Shown here piece after piece: positions 1-11,390 of a stretch of 64,000 bases of DNA. A model generated the notes under the pieces. That model was not told where the DNA came from, ran no database searches, and saw only the letters and a program-made list of their open reading frames with translations. Both the position numbers and the translations under genes were made by a program. This stretch comes from an uncultured delta proteobacterium (GTDB lineage Bacteria; Desulfobacterota; Binatia; Binatales; Binataceae). Position 1 is the first letter of the stretch, and each line of letters begins with the position of its first letter. The DNA is taken from NCBI GenBank assembly GCA_963789115.1, contig CAWBJH010000001.1, positions 72,816 through 136,815 on the forward strand, written 5' to 3'.

Positions 1-14
1 CGTTATCGCTTCGC

Positions 15-1160
15 TTGGGACGCAATCCATACAGGGAACCTTTCACAGCTCTTGCGGATCGCCTGGGACTACATCTGAACGGGATACAGACTGCCGTCGC
101 CACTCCTACGTTCCTGCTTGCTTTTGAGCCGCTGGTAAACCTCCCACTGTGGCAAGCCTATTGGACATGGATCGGGCTCCTCGCAGCGTGCCTGGTGGCC
201 GCGCTGTGGCTGATGCTGGGCCGACACTCGTCGAGGTTGCCGCCGACAACCGCGCTGGTACTCGCCGCCTTTGCTATCCTTTACCCTCCGACCAGGGCCA
301 ACTTCGCGGCCGCCCAGAGCCAGATTCTCATCCTGCTTATTCTCGCCCTGATGATGAGGCTGCTGGAATCCGGATACGACGCCTCTGCCAGCCTGCTGCT
401 CTCCGGGGCGGTGCTTCTCCGTGCTTATCCTCTGCTTCTAGTCGGCTACTTTGTGCTCAAACGACGATGGAAAGTGGTCGCGTTCACGGTCGCAGGAGTT
501 TTGGCAGGAGGGATCGTGACCGTTGTGGGGATCGGTCCGGCCAGGGCCTTCTCATTCCTGGGCGCTGTGGGCCTGGCCCCAAGTAGGAACTTTCTCTCCT
601 TGAACGCTATTGGCTCTCTTCCTCCTCAGGTCGCGCATTCAACCGACAACGGATCCATACAGAATGCCATGACCATGCTCTTCCTTCTCCTGTATCCGCG
701 CCGGAGTAACCAGCTCGCAACCTCAATCGCTGCGCGGCTTACGGAAGTCATCCTCCTCGGGCTCACGCTGGCGGCTACCAGGAGTGACACCGATGACCAA
801 GCGCAGGAATGGCCGGAATTGTGTCTGTGGATTGCGGCGATGGTCATGCTCCCGCCGATCTCGTGGGAGCATTATCGCGTTCTCCTGTTGATCCCTTATG
901 CTCAGTTGGTGATCGCATACAACGAGGGGAAAGCCGGCCGGGCCGCGCTTTCGATGATCGTAGTCAGCTACTGTCTGACGATAGTGTTCGATGTCGCGAG
1001 TATGGGCCTGAGCGTTCCCGCAAAGGGCGTTCGTATACTCGATTTGAAATGGCTGCCGCCGCTGGTCTTGGTGCAGTTGATGGTGCCGCTGAGCGCGTAC
1101 GTCGCCGCTTATTGGACGATCAAAGGCGGGACGACGCGGCGCGTAGCCGCTCAAGCCTAG
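15..1160 (+). CDS. Polytopic integral membrane protein, possibly a GT-C/DUF2029-like glycosyltransferase. The reading frame stays open to the window start, so the gene is probably 5'-partial
   Basis: Long ORF with many hydrophobic helices and an R-AYPLLL-type motif. The codon at 15 is TTG with no upstream in-frame stop. Confidence 0.4.
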   Translation: MGRNPYREPFTALADRLGLHLNGIQTAVATPTFLLAFEPLVNLPLWQAYWTWIGLLAACLVAALWLMLGRHSSRLPPTTALVLAAFAILYPPTRANFAAAQSQILILLILALMMRLLESGYDASASLLLSGAVLLRAYPLLLVGYFVLKRRWKVVAFTVAGVLAGGIVTVVGIGPARAFSFLGAVGLAPSRNFLSLNAIGSLPPQVAHSTDNGSIQNAMTMLFLLLYPRRSNQLATSIAARLTEVILLGLTLAATRSDTDDQAQEWPELCLWIAAMVMLPPISWEHYRVLLLIPYAQLVIAYNEGKAGRAALSMIVVSYCLTIVFDVASMGLSVPAKGVRILDLKWLPPLVLVQLMVPLSAYVAAYWTIKGGTTRRVAAQA

Positions 1161-1175
1161 CTACGATCGCGACAA

Positions 1176-2819
1176 GTGGCCTTGGCACAAACATCGCTGC
1201 GCCCCTTGCTCGAATCATCGGGCCCCGGCCGCGCGCGGGCCGCGCCCATTTCGCTGGTACGCTACTCGCCCTACCTGATCCTGGTGCTGGTGATCGTGGC
1301 GGATACTAACCGCTGCGCGGACCCCGACCTCTGGGGCCATATCCGCTTCGGCCAGGCAATTCTCGCCACTCGCCATCTGCCGGTTCGCGATCCTTACTCC
1401 TACTCTGCCGCGGGTTACCTCTGGCGCGATCACGCATGGCTCTCCGAGGTCGTAATGGCCGGCTTTTACGGGGTGCTCGGCGTAGTCGGACTGAAGATCA
1501 TGAAGGTTGCGCTGTGCGCCGCGACGATCATCCTGATGGCGCTGGCGGAGGGCGAGAGCGGCGCGCCGTCCGGGGTGCAGCTCGCGGTGCTGACCGTGGC
1601 GGCGGTGGCGCTGGCGCCGCAGATGCAGTTCCGGCCGCAGTTGTTCACGTTCGCAATGCTGGCCGCGATCATGTGGATGATCGCGCGCGACGACAACCGC
1701 CGCCGCGGCCGGCTGTGGATGGCGATCCCGATGCTCGCGGTATGGGCCAACCTGCACGGCGGCTTCATCATCGGTCTGGCCGCGCTCGGGATTTACGCCG
1801 GCTTTGCGATCCTGGAAGACTTGCCCGCCGGCCGCGGCTTGGGCCGCGGCGTAGTCCTGCTCGCGATCGCGCTCGGCGGGGCGCTTGCCACCTTGACGAC
1901 TCCCTACGGCCTCGGCTCGTGGTCGGCGGTGGCGCAGACGCTGAGCAGCCCGATGACGCGGCTCGCGGTGGCGGAGTGGCAGCCATTTTCCGCCACGCTC
2001 CGCGAAACGTGGCGCGAGTCTCCGTGGGCGCTGGTCTATTTCGCCTGCGCGATCGCGATGTTCGCCGCGCTCTGCGCCTCGGTGATACGGGCGCCGCGCG
2101 CGGGTGGGGCGGGACCCGCCGCGGTCGCAATCCTGATGGCTGGTGCGACGGTCTTCTCCGGCCGCAACATGGCGCTATTCGTTGTGACCGCGGTCGGACC
2201 GCTGGCGCGGCGATGGGCCGCGATGCGAGAGGGTGGGGCGGGCGTCCCTGCCCGCCATCCCAGGGCGGGCACGGAGGCCCGCCCCACTGCTGATGTCGGC
2301 GCAGCGCGACAGGCTGCCGCCAAAAGCAGTGTGCATCCGCTACTCGCGGTCGCGGCAGCGACCGCGTTGGCCGCATACACGGGGTTGTTCTCGACCCGGC
2401 TCAGGGAGGTCACACCGTGTCCCGCGGGCGCCGTCGCCTTCATGGATAGCCACGGTCTGCACGGCAACATTCTGAATGAGTATTCCTGGGGCGAGTACCT
2501 GATCTGGCACGAATGGCCGCGGTCGCGAGTGTTTATCGACAGCCGCTACGAGACGGTCTACCCGAAACAGGTGATGAGCGACTATCTCACTTTCTTCTTC
2601 GACCGCCCAGGCGCCGACAAGGTATTGACCGGCTATCCGCACGACTACGTTCTGGTTCCCCCAAAATCCGGTGCCTATCGGGTAACCGCCCGAAGCAGGG
2701 ATTGGAAGCTAATCTACCAGGACCCAATTTCAACGCTCTTCGCCCGCGCTAATTCAGCGGCAGCAAAGGTCCCGGGATTGCCGGCCAGCGGACCCAAGCC
2801 GTCGAACCTGTTTCCGTGA
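1176..2819 (+). CDS. Large polytopic membrane protein with a C-terminal soluble domain. Putative GT-C-type glycosyltransferase or membrane protein of unknown function
   Basis: 547-aa ORF with more than 10 hydrophobic segments. It lies directly downstream of the previous membrane protein on the same strand. Confidence 0.4.
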   Translation: MALAQTSLRPLLESSGPGRARAAPISLVRYSPYLILVLVIVADTNRCADPDLWGHIRFGQAILATRHLPVRDPYSYSAAGYLWRDHAWLSEVVMAGFYGVLGVVGLKIMKVALCAATIILMALAEGESGAPSGVQLAVLTVAAVALAPQMQFRPQLFTFAMLAAIMWMIARDDNRRRGRLWMAIPMLAVWANLHGGFIIGLAALGIYAGFAILEDLPAGRGLGRGVVLLAIALGGALATLTTPYGLGSWSAVAQTLSSPMTRLAVAEWQPFSATLRETWRESPWALVYFACAIAMFAALCASVIRAPRAGGAGPAAVAILMAGATVFSGRNMALFVVTAVGPLARRWAAMREGGAGVPARHPRAGTEARPTADVGAARQAAAKSSVHPLLAVAAATALAAYTGLFSTRLREVTPCPAGAVAFMDSHGLHGNILNEYSWGEYLIWHEWPRSRVFIDSRYETVYPKQVMSDYLTFFFDRPGADKVLTGYPHDYVLVPPKSGAYRVTARSRDWKLIYQDPISTLFARANSAAAKVPGLPASGPKPSNLFP

Positions 2820-2962
2820 AGCGCAGAGCAGCATTCGGGCGTCTCAATCTGAAGGCTTTCTGAACTTGGTCTTTTGGATTGAAGTGGCGGCGGTCGCCCC
2901 CGGCGCATGCGTCCCGCCCGCTTCTGGCTGAACTGTGAGCGAAACGCCGAAGTTTCACCGTC

Positions 2963-3835
2963 CTAAATCAGCCGCAGTTCCTTCATTACCGCGCGCAGCT
3001 TTTCGGCGGGGCCGGGGGACATCTGGGCCAGCGGCATCCTGAGCTCCGCGCTGCACTTGCCCATGAAGGCGAGCGCCTGCTTGACGGGAATCGGGTTGCT
3101 CTCCAGGAACAGCGCGCGCATCAGCGGCAGCATCTTGAAGTGAATGTCCCGCGCGCGCGCGTAGTCGTCGGCCAGTGCCGCCGCGACCAGCTCGTGCATC
3201 TCGCGCGGCATCACGTTGGTGACCACCGAAATCACGCCGCTGGCGCCAAGCGCCATCATCGGCAGGGTCATCGAGTCGTCGCCCGACAGGATCGTCAGGC
3301 GATCGCCGCACAGCCGCCGGATGTCGGAGATCTGATCGATCGAGCCCGACGCCTCTTTCACGCCCACGATGTTCTTGATTTCGCAAAGGCGGGCGAACGT
3401 CTCCGGCAGTATATTGGAGCCGGTGCGGCCCGGGATGTTGTAGGCGATCAGCGGCAGGTCAACGCTAGCCGCGATCATCTTGTAGTGCTTGAAAATTCCG
3501 TCCTGGGTCGGCTTGTTGTAGTAAGGTGAAATCAGCACCGCGCCGTCCGCGCCGGCGGCGCGCGCGAAGGTTGTCAGCCGAATCGCCTCGGCCGTCGAGT
3601 TGGAGCCGGTCCCGGCCAATACCGGAACCCGCCTGTGCGTCTGCTCGATTGCGATCTTGATTATCTGCTCGTGCTCGAGGTGGGTGAGCGTGGCGGATTC
3701 CCCGGTCGAGCCGCAGGGAAAGATCCCGTCCACGCCTCTCTGTATCTGCCATTCGATGATCTCGCGCAGCGCGGTCTCGTCCACCGCTCCGTCGCGAAAC
3801 GGGGTCACGATCGCCGACAACGCACCGTTGAACAT
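2963..3835 (-). CDS. dapA: 4-hydroxy-tetrahydrodipicolinate synthase
   Basis: The translation MFNGALSAIVTPF...GSTGE...YNIPGRTG matches DapA along its full length. The start is reset to the internal ATG at 3835. The upstream 88 aa of the ORF are Arg-rich noise. Confidence 0.9.
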   Translation of the reverse strand: MFNGALSAIVTPFRDGAVDETALREIIEWQIQRGVDGIFPCGSTGESATLTHLEHEQIIKIAIEQTHRRVPVLAGTGSNSTAEAIRLTTFARAAGADGAVLISPYYNKPTQDGIFKHYKMIAASVDLPLIAYNIPGRTGSNILPETFARLCEIKNIVGVKEASGSIDQISDIRRLCGDRLTILSGDDSMTLPMMALGASGVISVVTNVMPREMHELVAAALADDYARARDIHFKMLPLMRALFLESNPIPVKQALAFMGKCSAELRMPLAQMSPGPAEKLRAVMKELRLI

Positions 3836-3852
3836 TCGCTTGCTCCCTCTGC

Positions 3853-4767
3853 TCAGCGCTTTACCGCGACCAGTTCGGCAGGATTGACTTCGACCCGCCC
3901 GCGAAACACCTCGACCGCCTCGCCGGTCATGAAAACGTGATTCTCTCCTTCGCCCCGCTCGCGCCATTCGATTTCGAGGTTTCCGCCGCGAAGCGCGACC
4001 GTCGCGCTCCGCCCGCTCCGTCCGGTCAGCACCGCGGCGACCAGCGCCGCGCATGCGCCCGTCCCGCAGGCCAGGGTCTCGCCCGAGCCGCGCTCCCATA
4101 CGCGCATCTTAAGAAGGTTGCGCGAGACGGGAAGGATGAACTCGGTGTTGACCCGGCGCGGGAAGAACGGATGGTTCTCGAAATTGCGGCCGAGGTTCGC
4201 GAAGTCGTGCTCGTCCATCCGGAAGACCGCCTCGTCGCTCAGGAACACCACGCAGTGTGGATTACCCATCGACACCGCCGTGATTCGTTCGATGCGCCCG
4301 CCCACGTCGAGCGGATGGTCTATCACGCGGCCGTCGGCTGCGACCGGAATTTCGCGCCCCTCCAGGATCGGCTCGCCCATATCGACGGTCGCCGCGACCA
4401 CGCGCTCGCTCGAATCGAGCCTCACCGCGACGGTCATTATGCCGCAGTCGGTCTCGATCGCGATCGGGTTCTTGCGGACCGCTGCGCGCTCCCAGGCCAG
4501 CCGCGCCAGGCATCGTATCCCATTGCCGCACATCTCGCCCCGGCTGCCGTCGGCGTTATACATCTCCATCCGCAGGTCGGCGATGCGCGACGGGCAGAGC
4601 ATGATGAGCCCGTCGCCGCCGACGCCGAAGCGGCGATCGGAGAGCCGGCGCGAGAGTGCCGCCGGGTCGGCGGGACGCACCTGGTCCGCGACCACGAAAA
4701 TGTAGTCGTTGCCGCAGCCGTGCATCTTGATGAACTCCAGCGTCCCCATCGCAAGAGATCCTTCCAT
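3853..4767 (-). CDS. dapF: Diaminopimelate epimerase
   Basis: Contains the DapF motifs HGCGNDY near the N-terminus and GNPHCV...ACGTGACA in the C-terminal half. It sits immediately upstream of dapA on the same strand. Confidence 0.9.
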   Translation of the reverse strand: MEGSLAMGTLEFIKMHGCGNDYIFVVADQVRPADPAALSRRLSDRRFGVGGDGLIMLCPSRIADLRMEMYNADGSRGEMCGNGIRCLARLAWERAAVRKNPIAIETDCGIMTVAVRLDSSERVVAATVDMGEPILEGREIPVAADGRVIDHPLDVGGRIERITAVSMGNPHCVVFLSDEAVFRMDEHDFANLGRNFENHPFFPRRVNTEFILPVSRNLLKMRVWERGSGETLACGTGACAALVAAVLTGRSGRSATVALRGGNLEIEWRERGEGENHVFMTGEAVEVFRGRVEVNPAELVAVKR

Positions 4768-4887
4768 TCTGACTTTTCGAACATGCGATTCCTAGGCCGG
4801 TGGCGGACCCAGCGCCAAGTCGCAACGCGGCTGACCATGGCGTCCGGCCACGTGCAGGGCACGAGTTCGGTTCGAGCCCTTCCGGCC

Positions 4888-5298
4888 TCAGTCCGGAGAG
4901 GGCTGGAGTCGAATCGCCTGCGAGCGTGACGTGCTCTGCAAAAGGCCGACCCAATAGTCGGCGAGGCCGTATTTCGCGCGTAACAGCTGGCGGATGTGGC
5001 GATGCCCGTCCGGATTGGGAACGGCCTCTGCGAGGTAGGGGCGGCGCTGACCGTTGCGGTCGAGTTCGACGCGTGGGTGGGCGAGGATGTGTTGATAGAA
5101 AGGACGCTCGGGAGTCGCCGCCTCGATCCACGAAACTGTACCCTCGTCGGCAATCCATACGCGCGTTGTGCGAGGTGAACCCTCGGCGCTGACCGTGTGA
5201 ATGACAACGACCTCGCTGCCCTCCAGTGCCCACCACGTGATTGCACCGGCTGCAACGCCGATCACCGCGATCGCCGTCAGCGCGTGTTTCCAAGACAT
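4888..5298 (-). CDS. Membrane-anchored PNPOx-like split-barrel protein, DUF385/deazaflavin-dependent nitroreductase-like
   Basis: N-terminal transmembrane helix, then a pattern HTV.AEG.PRTTRVW...FYQHILAHPRVEL.RNGQRR resembling DUF385 and Ddn-family proteins. Confidence 0.4.
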   Translation of the reverse strand: MSWKHALTAIAVIGVAAGAITWWALEGSEVVVIHTVSAEGSPRTTRVWIADEGTVSWIEAATPERPFYQHILAHPRVELDRNGQRRPYLAEAVPNPDGHRHIRQLLRAKYGLADYWVGLLQSTSRSQAIRLQPSPD

Positions 5299-5322
5299 CG
5301 ACGCCGCTACCTTAGTTAAATC

Positions 5323-6574
5323 CTACAGTTCCACCAGCTTCTCGTGGCGGATCAGATCCTCGAAGCTCTCGCGCTCGCGGATCACGTGCGCCTTGTCGTC
5401 GTCCACCAGCACCTCGGGCGCGCGCGGCCGGGTGTTGTAGTTCGACGCCATCACGAAGCCATACGCCCCCGCGCTCATCACCGCGAGCAGGTCGCCGCTG
5501 CGCGGCTCGTGCAACTCGCGGTCGCGGGCGAAGAAATCGCCGCTCTCGCATACCGGGCCGACTACGTCGGCGGTGACCGTGCGTGCGCCGGCGCGTTGCT
5601 CGACGGGCCAGATCGCATGGTAGGCCTCGTAGAGCACCGGGCGAATCAGGTCGTTCATCGCGCCGTCGACCACGATAAAGCGCTTGACGTCGGTCTCCTT
5701 CACGTACAGGACGCGCGTGACCAGGATTCCGGCGTTGCCGACGATCACTCGTCCCGGCTCCATGATCAGCTTGAGGCCGAGTCCCGTGAGCGGCGCGAGC
5801 AGTGCCGCGGCGTACTCGGCGGGCGCCGGCGGTTGCTCCTGGTAGGGGATTCCCAGCCCGCCGCCCAGGTCGAGGTAGCGCAGCGCGAGACCGTCGGCGC
5901 GCAGCCGGTTCACGATCGCGGCGACCTTGCCCGCGGCCTCGGTGAAGGGCGAGGTTTCGGTAATCTGCGAGCCGATATGGGTGCTGAGTCCGACCGGTTC
6001 GAGGTCTTTGAGCGCGCGCGCCTGGGCGTAGTATTCGAGCACCTGCGACAGCGGCACGCCGAACTTGCTGGTGCGATGGCCGGTGGAGATGTGCGGATGG
6101 GTGCCCGGATCGAGATCGGGATTGACCCGCAGGCTGACCGGCGCCCGCATCCCCATCCGGCGCGCAACCTCGGCTATCCGATCGAGCTCGGGCGCCGATT
6201 CGACGTTGATCATCAGGATGCCGGCCTTCAGCGCCGCCTCGATCTCCTCGTCGGTCTTGCCCACGCCGGAGAAAACGATCTTCCTGGGGTCCGCGCCGAC
6301 TTTGAGGCATCGCGCCAGTTCGCCGCCCGAGACGACATCGAATCCGGAGCCCATCGATTCGAAGAGCTTGAGCACACTCAGGTTCGACAGCGCCTTGACC
6401 GAGTAGCAGACCAGATGGTCGGCGCCCTTGAAGGCTTCGCTGAAGACGCGGTAATGGCGCCGCAGGGTGCGGGCGCTGTAAACGTAAAATGGCGTGCCGA
6501 GGCGCGCCGCCAGTTCCGTCAGCGAGAACGTCCTCGGCGAACAGCCGATCGTTCTTGTACGTGAAGTAGTGCAT
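5323..6574 (-). CDS. lysA: Diaminopimelate decarboxylase, reading frame broken by a 1-nt frameshift near codon 18 at about 6513-6521
   Basis: The N-terminus MHYFTYKNDRLFAEDV is in one frame. The remainder ELAARLGTPFYVYS...KLFESMGSGFDVVSGGEL...EPGR is in the -1 frame. Both are classic LysA. Confidence 0.8.
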
Positions 6575-6695
6575 CCCGACTTTTTCGGCGGCCCTGGAGT
6601 CCCGGTCTCAGCGGGTGAACGTGCCTTTTATCATACCGTAAGCCGCCAGATAAGCGCGCCGGTCAGGGCGTGCGAAGGAGCCGGAACCGCACCGT

Positions 6696-7187
6696 TCAGG
6701 GCAGTGGGGTGGGGGTGGGCATGATGTAGGTCTCCGGATTCGGCGGCGGCGCCGGTGCAACGCGCCTGAACTCGACCACGTTGGAGGGTTCGCCGCGCGT
6801 TTCGTCCTCAGTCACGGAGATGACGTCGTAGCGATAGACGCGGCCGGTCTCGGTGGCGGTGTCGATATATTCAAACTTGAGCACCTTCTGGAAGCGCTCA
6901 CGGTCGGTAACCGGCAGCCTGACCAGCGGCTCGAACGATTGGCCGGGCTCAGCGCGCATCACGATGAAGCCCGCCAGGTCCTTCATCTTGCGGCCTCGCG
7001 AGTAAAGCTCGGGGCGCGGCCACGCGAGCCGGATTCCATCCTTGTCGGCGCTTGCCGTCAGAGCGACGATCTTCTCGGGCTGCACCAGCTCGGGCGGCAT
7101 CGGGCGTCCCTTCACACCGCATCCCGTGATCGCCGCCGCCACAGAGAGCGCGCCGGCCGCGGCGATCCAGTTTTTCGGGCGCCTCAT
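6696..7187 (-). CDS. Lipoprotein of unknown function at the LppL/LptM-like position between lysA and argH
   Basis: Start MRRPKNWIAAAGALSVAAAITGC has a signal peptide and lipobox. The start ATG overlaps the argH stop by 4 bp. Confidence 0.7.
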   Translation of the reverse strand: MRRPKNWIAAAGALSVAAAITGCGVKGRPMPPELVQPEKIVALTASADKDGIRLAWPRPELYSRGRKMKDLAGFIVMRAEPGQSFEPLVRLPVTDRERFQKVLKFEYIDTATETGRVYRYDVISVTEDETRGEPSNVVEFRRVAPAPPPNPETYIMPTPTPLP

Positions 7188-8674
7188 CGGCGCGTCAGCT
7201 CTGCCAGGCGCCGGCGCACGAGTCGGGGCGCGGGGCCGCCGGCCACCCGCCTTGCCGCGATCGAGCTTTCCGCCGACAGCAGCTCGAGCGCATCCTCGCG
7301 GAACGCGAGCGAGCACTGGCGCAGGTCGTGGATGGTCAAGTCGGTGAGCGGGCGATTGCGGACCGCAGCGTGGCGGGCCAGCAGGCCGACAATTTCATGG
7401 GCTTGTCGGAACGGCACGCCGCGTTTGACCAGGTACTCGGCCAAGTCGGTCGCGAGCGCCCATCCCCCGGCCGCCTCGCGCATCGCCCGGGTGTTGAACG
7501 CGAGCCGCGGCCACAGCCTTGCCATCAAGTCGAGCGAAGGCTTGATCGAATCGAGCGCGTCGAAGACCCGCTCCTTGTCCTCCTGCAGGTCGGAGTTGTA
7601 GGCGAGCGGCAGGCCCTTGAGCACCGTGAGCATCGCGACTAGGTCGCCGGCCACGCGCCCGCTCTTGGCCCGGATCAACTCGAGCAGGTCCGGGTTCTTC
7701 TTCTGCGGCATCATCGAGCTCCCGGTCGCGAACTCGTCGGGGATCGTGACGAAGCCGAACTCGGCGCTCGACCACAGGATGATCTCCTCGCTCATCCGCG
7801 ATAGATGGATGGCCGCGATGGCGGAGGCGGAAAGGAAGTCGAGCACGAAGTCGCGATCCGATACGGCGTCGATGCTGTTCTCGGCCAGTTTCCGGAACTT
7901 GAGCTCGCGTGCGACGAACCGGCGATCGATCGGCAGCGTGGTCGCGGCCAGCGCCCCCGCCCCGAGCGGCATCACCGCGCTGCGCTCGCGCGCCTGTGCG
8001 AAGCGCTCGCGGTCGCGATCGAGCATCTCGACGTAGGCGAGCAGGTGATGGGCCAGCGAGACCGGCTGCGCGCGCTGGAGATGAGTGTAACCCGGCATCA
8101 CGCTGTTCACGTGCCGCCGCGCAACCCCGATCAGCGCGGCGCGCAGGCGCGCGAGGGACCGCATTACCTCGTCGATCTCGTCGCGCAGGAACAGCCGGAG
8201 ATCGAGCGCCACCTGGTCGTTGCGCGAACGGGCGGTATGGAGCTTCGCGCCGGCGGCGCCGATCTTCGCGATCAGCCGGCGCTCGATGGCGAGATGGATG
8301 TCTTCGTCGGAGAGCTCGAAACGGAAACGCCCGCCGCCGATCTCGCGCTCAATCCGCTCGAGTCCCGCCACGATGCGGGCCGCCTCGCGACGCGTGATTA
8401 GTCCCACGTGCGCCAGCATCCGGGCGTGCGCGATCGAGCCGCGGATATCGTGGCGGTAGAGCCGCCGGTCGAACGGCAGCGAGGCCGTGAACGCCTCGAC
8501 TTCCTTGAGCCGGCGGCGCGCGAATCGCCCGCGGATGAGACCTCCGCGCTGTCCAGCGTGCGCCTTCGAAACTTGAGACCTTTTGTTGTCGCTCACGCGA
8601 GGTTGTCGGTTGACACGCGAGGCCAACTCAGGAGAGCCTTCCGCAATCTTCGCAAACCCGGGTGCGTACTCCAT
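7184..8674 (-). CDS. argH: Argininosuccinate lyase. The start is uncertain: either the ATG at 8674, which has an SD supplied by the repeat hairpin, or the GTG at about 8596
   Basis: Full-length ArgH similarity including LIRGRF, the SRNDQ motif and the GSSMMPQKKNPD signature. Confidence 0.9.
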   Translation of the reverse strand: MEYAPGFAKIAEGSPELASRVNRQPRVSDNKRSQVSKAHAGQRGGLIRGRFARRRLKEVEAFTASLPFDRRLYRHDIRGSIAHARMLAHVGLITRREAARIVAGLERIEREIGGGRFRFELSDEDIHLAIERRLIAKIGAAGAKLHTARSRNDQVALDLRLFLRDEIDEVMRSLARLRAALIGVARRHVNSVMPGYTHLQRAQPVSLAHHLLAYVEMLDRDRERFAQARERSAVMPLGAGALAATTLPIDRRFVARELKFRKLAENSIDAVSDRDFVLDFLSASAIAAIHLSRMSEEIILWSSAEFGFVTIPDEFATGSSMMPQKKNPDLLELIRAKSGRVAGDLVAMLTVLKGLPLAYNSDLQEDKERVFDALDSIKPSLDLMARLWPRLAFNTRAMREAAGGWALATDLAEYLVKRGVPFRQAHEIVGLLARHAAVRNRPLTDLTIHDLRQCSLAFREDALELLSAESSIAARRVAGGPAPRLVRRRLAELTRR

Positions 8675-8678
8675 ATGT

Positions 8679-8916
8679 GCCCTCTCCCTGCGAAGCTGGG
8701 CGAGGGTGAGGGTGAGGGACCATACGGCGCCGCATTGGCTGCGCGGCGCCGAGGATTGAAGCGCCGCACGCTACCTCAAGCGCTTGCGACGCCGGCGTTT
8801 CGGCGGGAAGCGGAGGCAGAATCGAATGTCGCTGCCGGCGCAGCGACGCTGCGGTCCCTCTCCCGACGGTCGAAGCGACCGTCGGCCTCTCCCGACCCGG
8901 GAGAGGCCATCGCAGA
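8679..8916. repeat. Structured GC-rich intergenic repeat, copy A. It has two conserved blocks, five perfect or near-perfect hairpins and a variable spacer
   Basis: About 85% identical to 53844-54067. Hairpins include ccctctccc/gggagaggg, cggcgccgcg/cgcggcgccg, gtcgctgc/gcagcgac, cgacggtcg/cgaccgtcg and gcctctccc/gggagaggc. Confidence 0.8.
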
Positions 8917-9195
8917 TGGCGTCCGCGAGCTTCGTGATTACCTCTCATGCGAGGCGAGTCTACCAAAGTTCACGCATCAGGGCGTACAGGCGATAACCGG
9001 CCTTGCGCGCGCTCACCGCGTTGGTCGCATCTCGCACGGGCATCCGCGCGCCGCGCAACTGATCACGCCGTTGGGGTGGGTGATATGCACGTTCATCTTG
9101 TGATGGCACTTGGGGCAGTTGCCGCCCGGCGCGCGCGGGACCGCCCGTAGCTGCGGGCGTGGCGGCCTGAACTGGATGACCTTGCCCAAGCCCGG

Positions 9196-10428
<1,233 letters not shown>

Positions 10429-10439
10429 GTTATCTCCCT

Positions 10440-11390
10440 TCACAGCTCGTGCGGTGTCCAGGCCGCCATCTGGGTCAGAAGCTCCGGCCGCACCAGCCAG
10501 AGCATCACGGCTTTCTGTGTGTGCAGGCGGTTCTCGGCCTGCTCGAGCATGATCGATTGCGGGCCGTCTATCACGTCCTCGGTGACCTCTTCGCCGCGAT
10601 GGGCCGGCTGGCAATGCATCACGACCGCCTCGCGATGGGCATGCTTCATCAGCGCCCGGTTGACTTGGAAGCGCTTGAAGTCGCGCCGTCGCGCGGCGGC
10701 CTCCTTCTCGCGGCCCATCGAGGTCCAGGTGTCAGTGTACACGACTTCAGCGTCCTTGACCGCCTCGACCGGGTCGTTGGTCAGCAGCCCCAGCTCCTCG
10801 CGGCGCATCCGGGTGACAAAACTCTTCTCGGGCTCGTAGCCGGCGGGGCACGCGATCCTCAATTCGAAATGTGCCAGGGCCGCCGCCTCGATCCAGCTCT
10901 GGGCGAGATTGAAGCCATCACCGACGAAAGCGACCTTGAGCTTGTGCAAAGCGCCGAAGCGTTCGCGCAGCGTGAGCAGGTCGGCAAGCAACTGGCAGGG
11001 ATGGAGCAGGTCGGTGAGACCGTTGATGACGGGGACATCGGCCTCGCGCGCGAGCTCAACGCAGGTCTGATGGGCGAAGGTGCGGATCATGATGAGATCG
11101 ACCCATCGCGAGAGGTTGCGCGCGACGTCCTTGACCGATTCGCGCTCGCCGATGCCGATGTCGGTCGGCGCGAGATAGATGGCATGGCCGCCAAGCTGGG
11201 CCATCCCGGTCTCGAACGTGATCCGGGTGCGCAGCGATGGCTTCTGGAAGATCATCGCCAGGGTGCGCCCGCGCAGGTAAGGATGCTCGAGGCCGCCCTT
11301 GAGCTCGCCCTTGAGCCGCGCGCCGAGCGCCAGCAACGCCGAGAGCTCGGCGCCGGACAGGGAGTTGAGATCCAGGAAATCCCGCTTCAT
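10440..11390 (-). CDS. argF: Ornithine carbamoyltransferase
   Basis: Contains the STRTR-like carbamoyl-phosphate motif SLRTR, the HCQPA motif (HCLP-like) and the overall OTCase architecture. Confidence 0.9.
   Translation of the reverse strand: MKRDFLDLNSLSGAELSALLALGARLKGELKGGLEHPYLRGRTLAMIFQKPSLRTRITFETGMAQLGGHAIYLAPTDIGIGERESVKDVARNLSRWVDLIMIRTFAHQTCVELAREADVPVINGLTDLLHPCQLLADLLTLRERFGALHKLKVAFVGDGFNLAQSWIEAAALAHFELRIACPAGYEPEKSFVTRMRREELGLLTNDPVEAVKDAEVVYTDTWTSMGREKEAAARRRDFKRFQVNRALMKHAHREAVVMHCQPAHRGEEVTEDVIDGPQSIMLEQAENRLHTQKAVMLWLVRPELLTQMAAWTPHEL

Noticed and set aside
1436-2293. Arg/Gly/Ala-rich ORFs (1436-2293 +, 1215-1757 -, 1768-2376 -) overlapping the 1176-2819 membrane protein gene
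   Set aside because: These are typical high-GC shadow frames with low-complexity translations and no motifs. The membrane protein frame explains the region
4861-4890. tRNA-like GGTTCGAGCCC T-loop motif in the dapF upstream region
   Set aside because: No acceptor, D-arm or anticodon arm can be built around it on either strand. It is an isolated motif only
5344-6564. 406-aa plus-strand ORF antisense to lysA
   Set aside because: It is antisense to a clearly conserved LysA reading frame, and the translation is Arg/Asp/Gly-rich noise
8408-9103. 231-aa ORF reading through repeat copy A (GEGEGPYGAALAARRRG...)
   Set aside because: The translation is produced by the hairpin repeat itself. The same peptide-like string appears at copy B in a different frame context. 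It is intergenic
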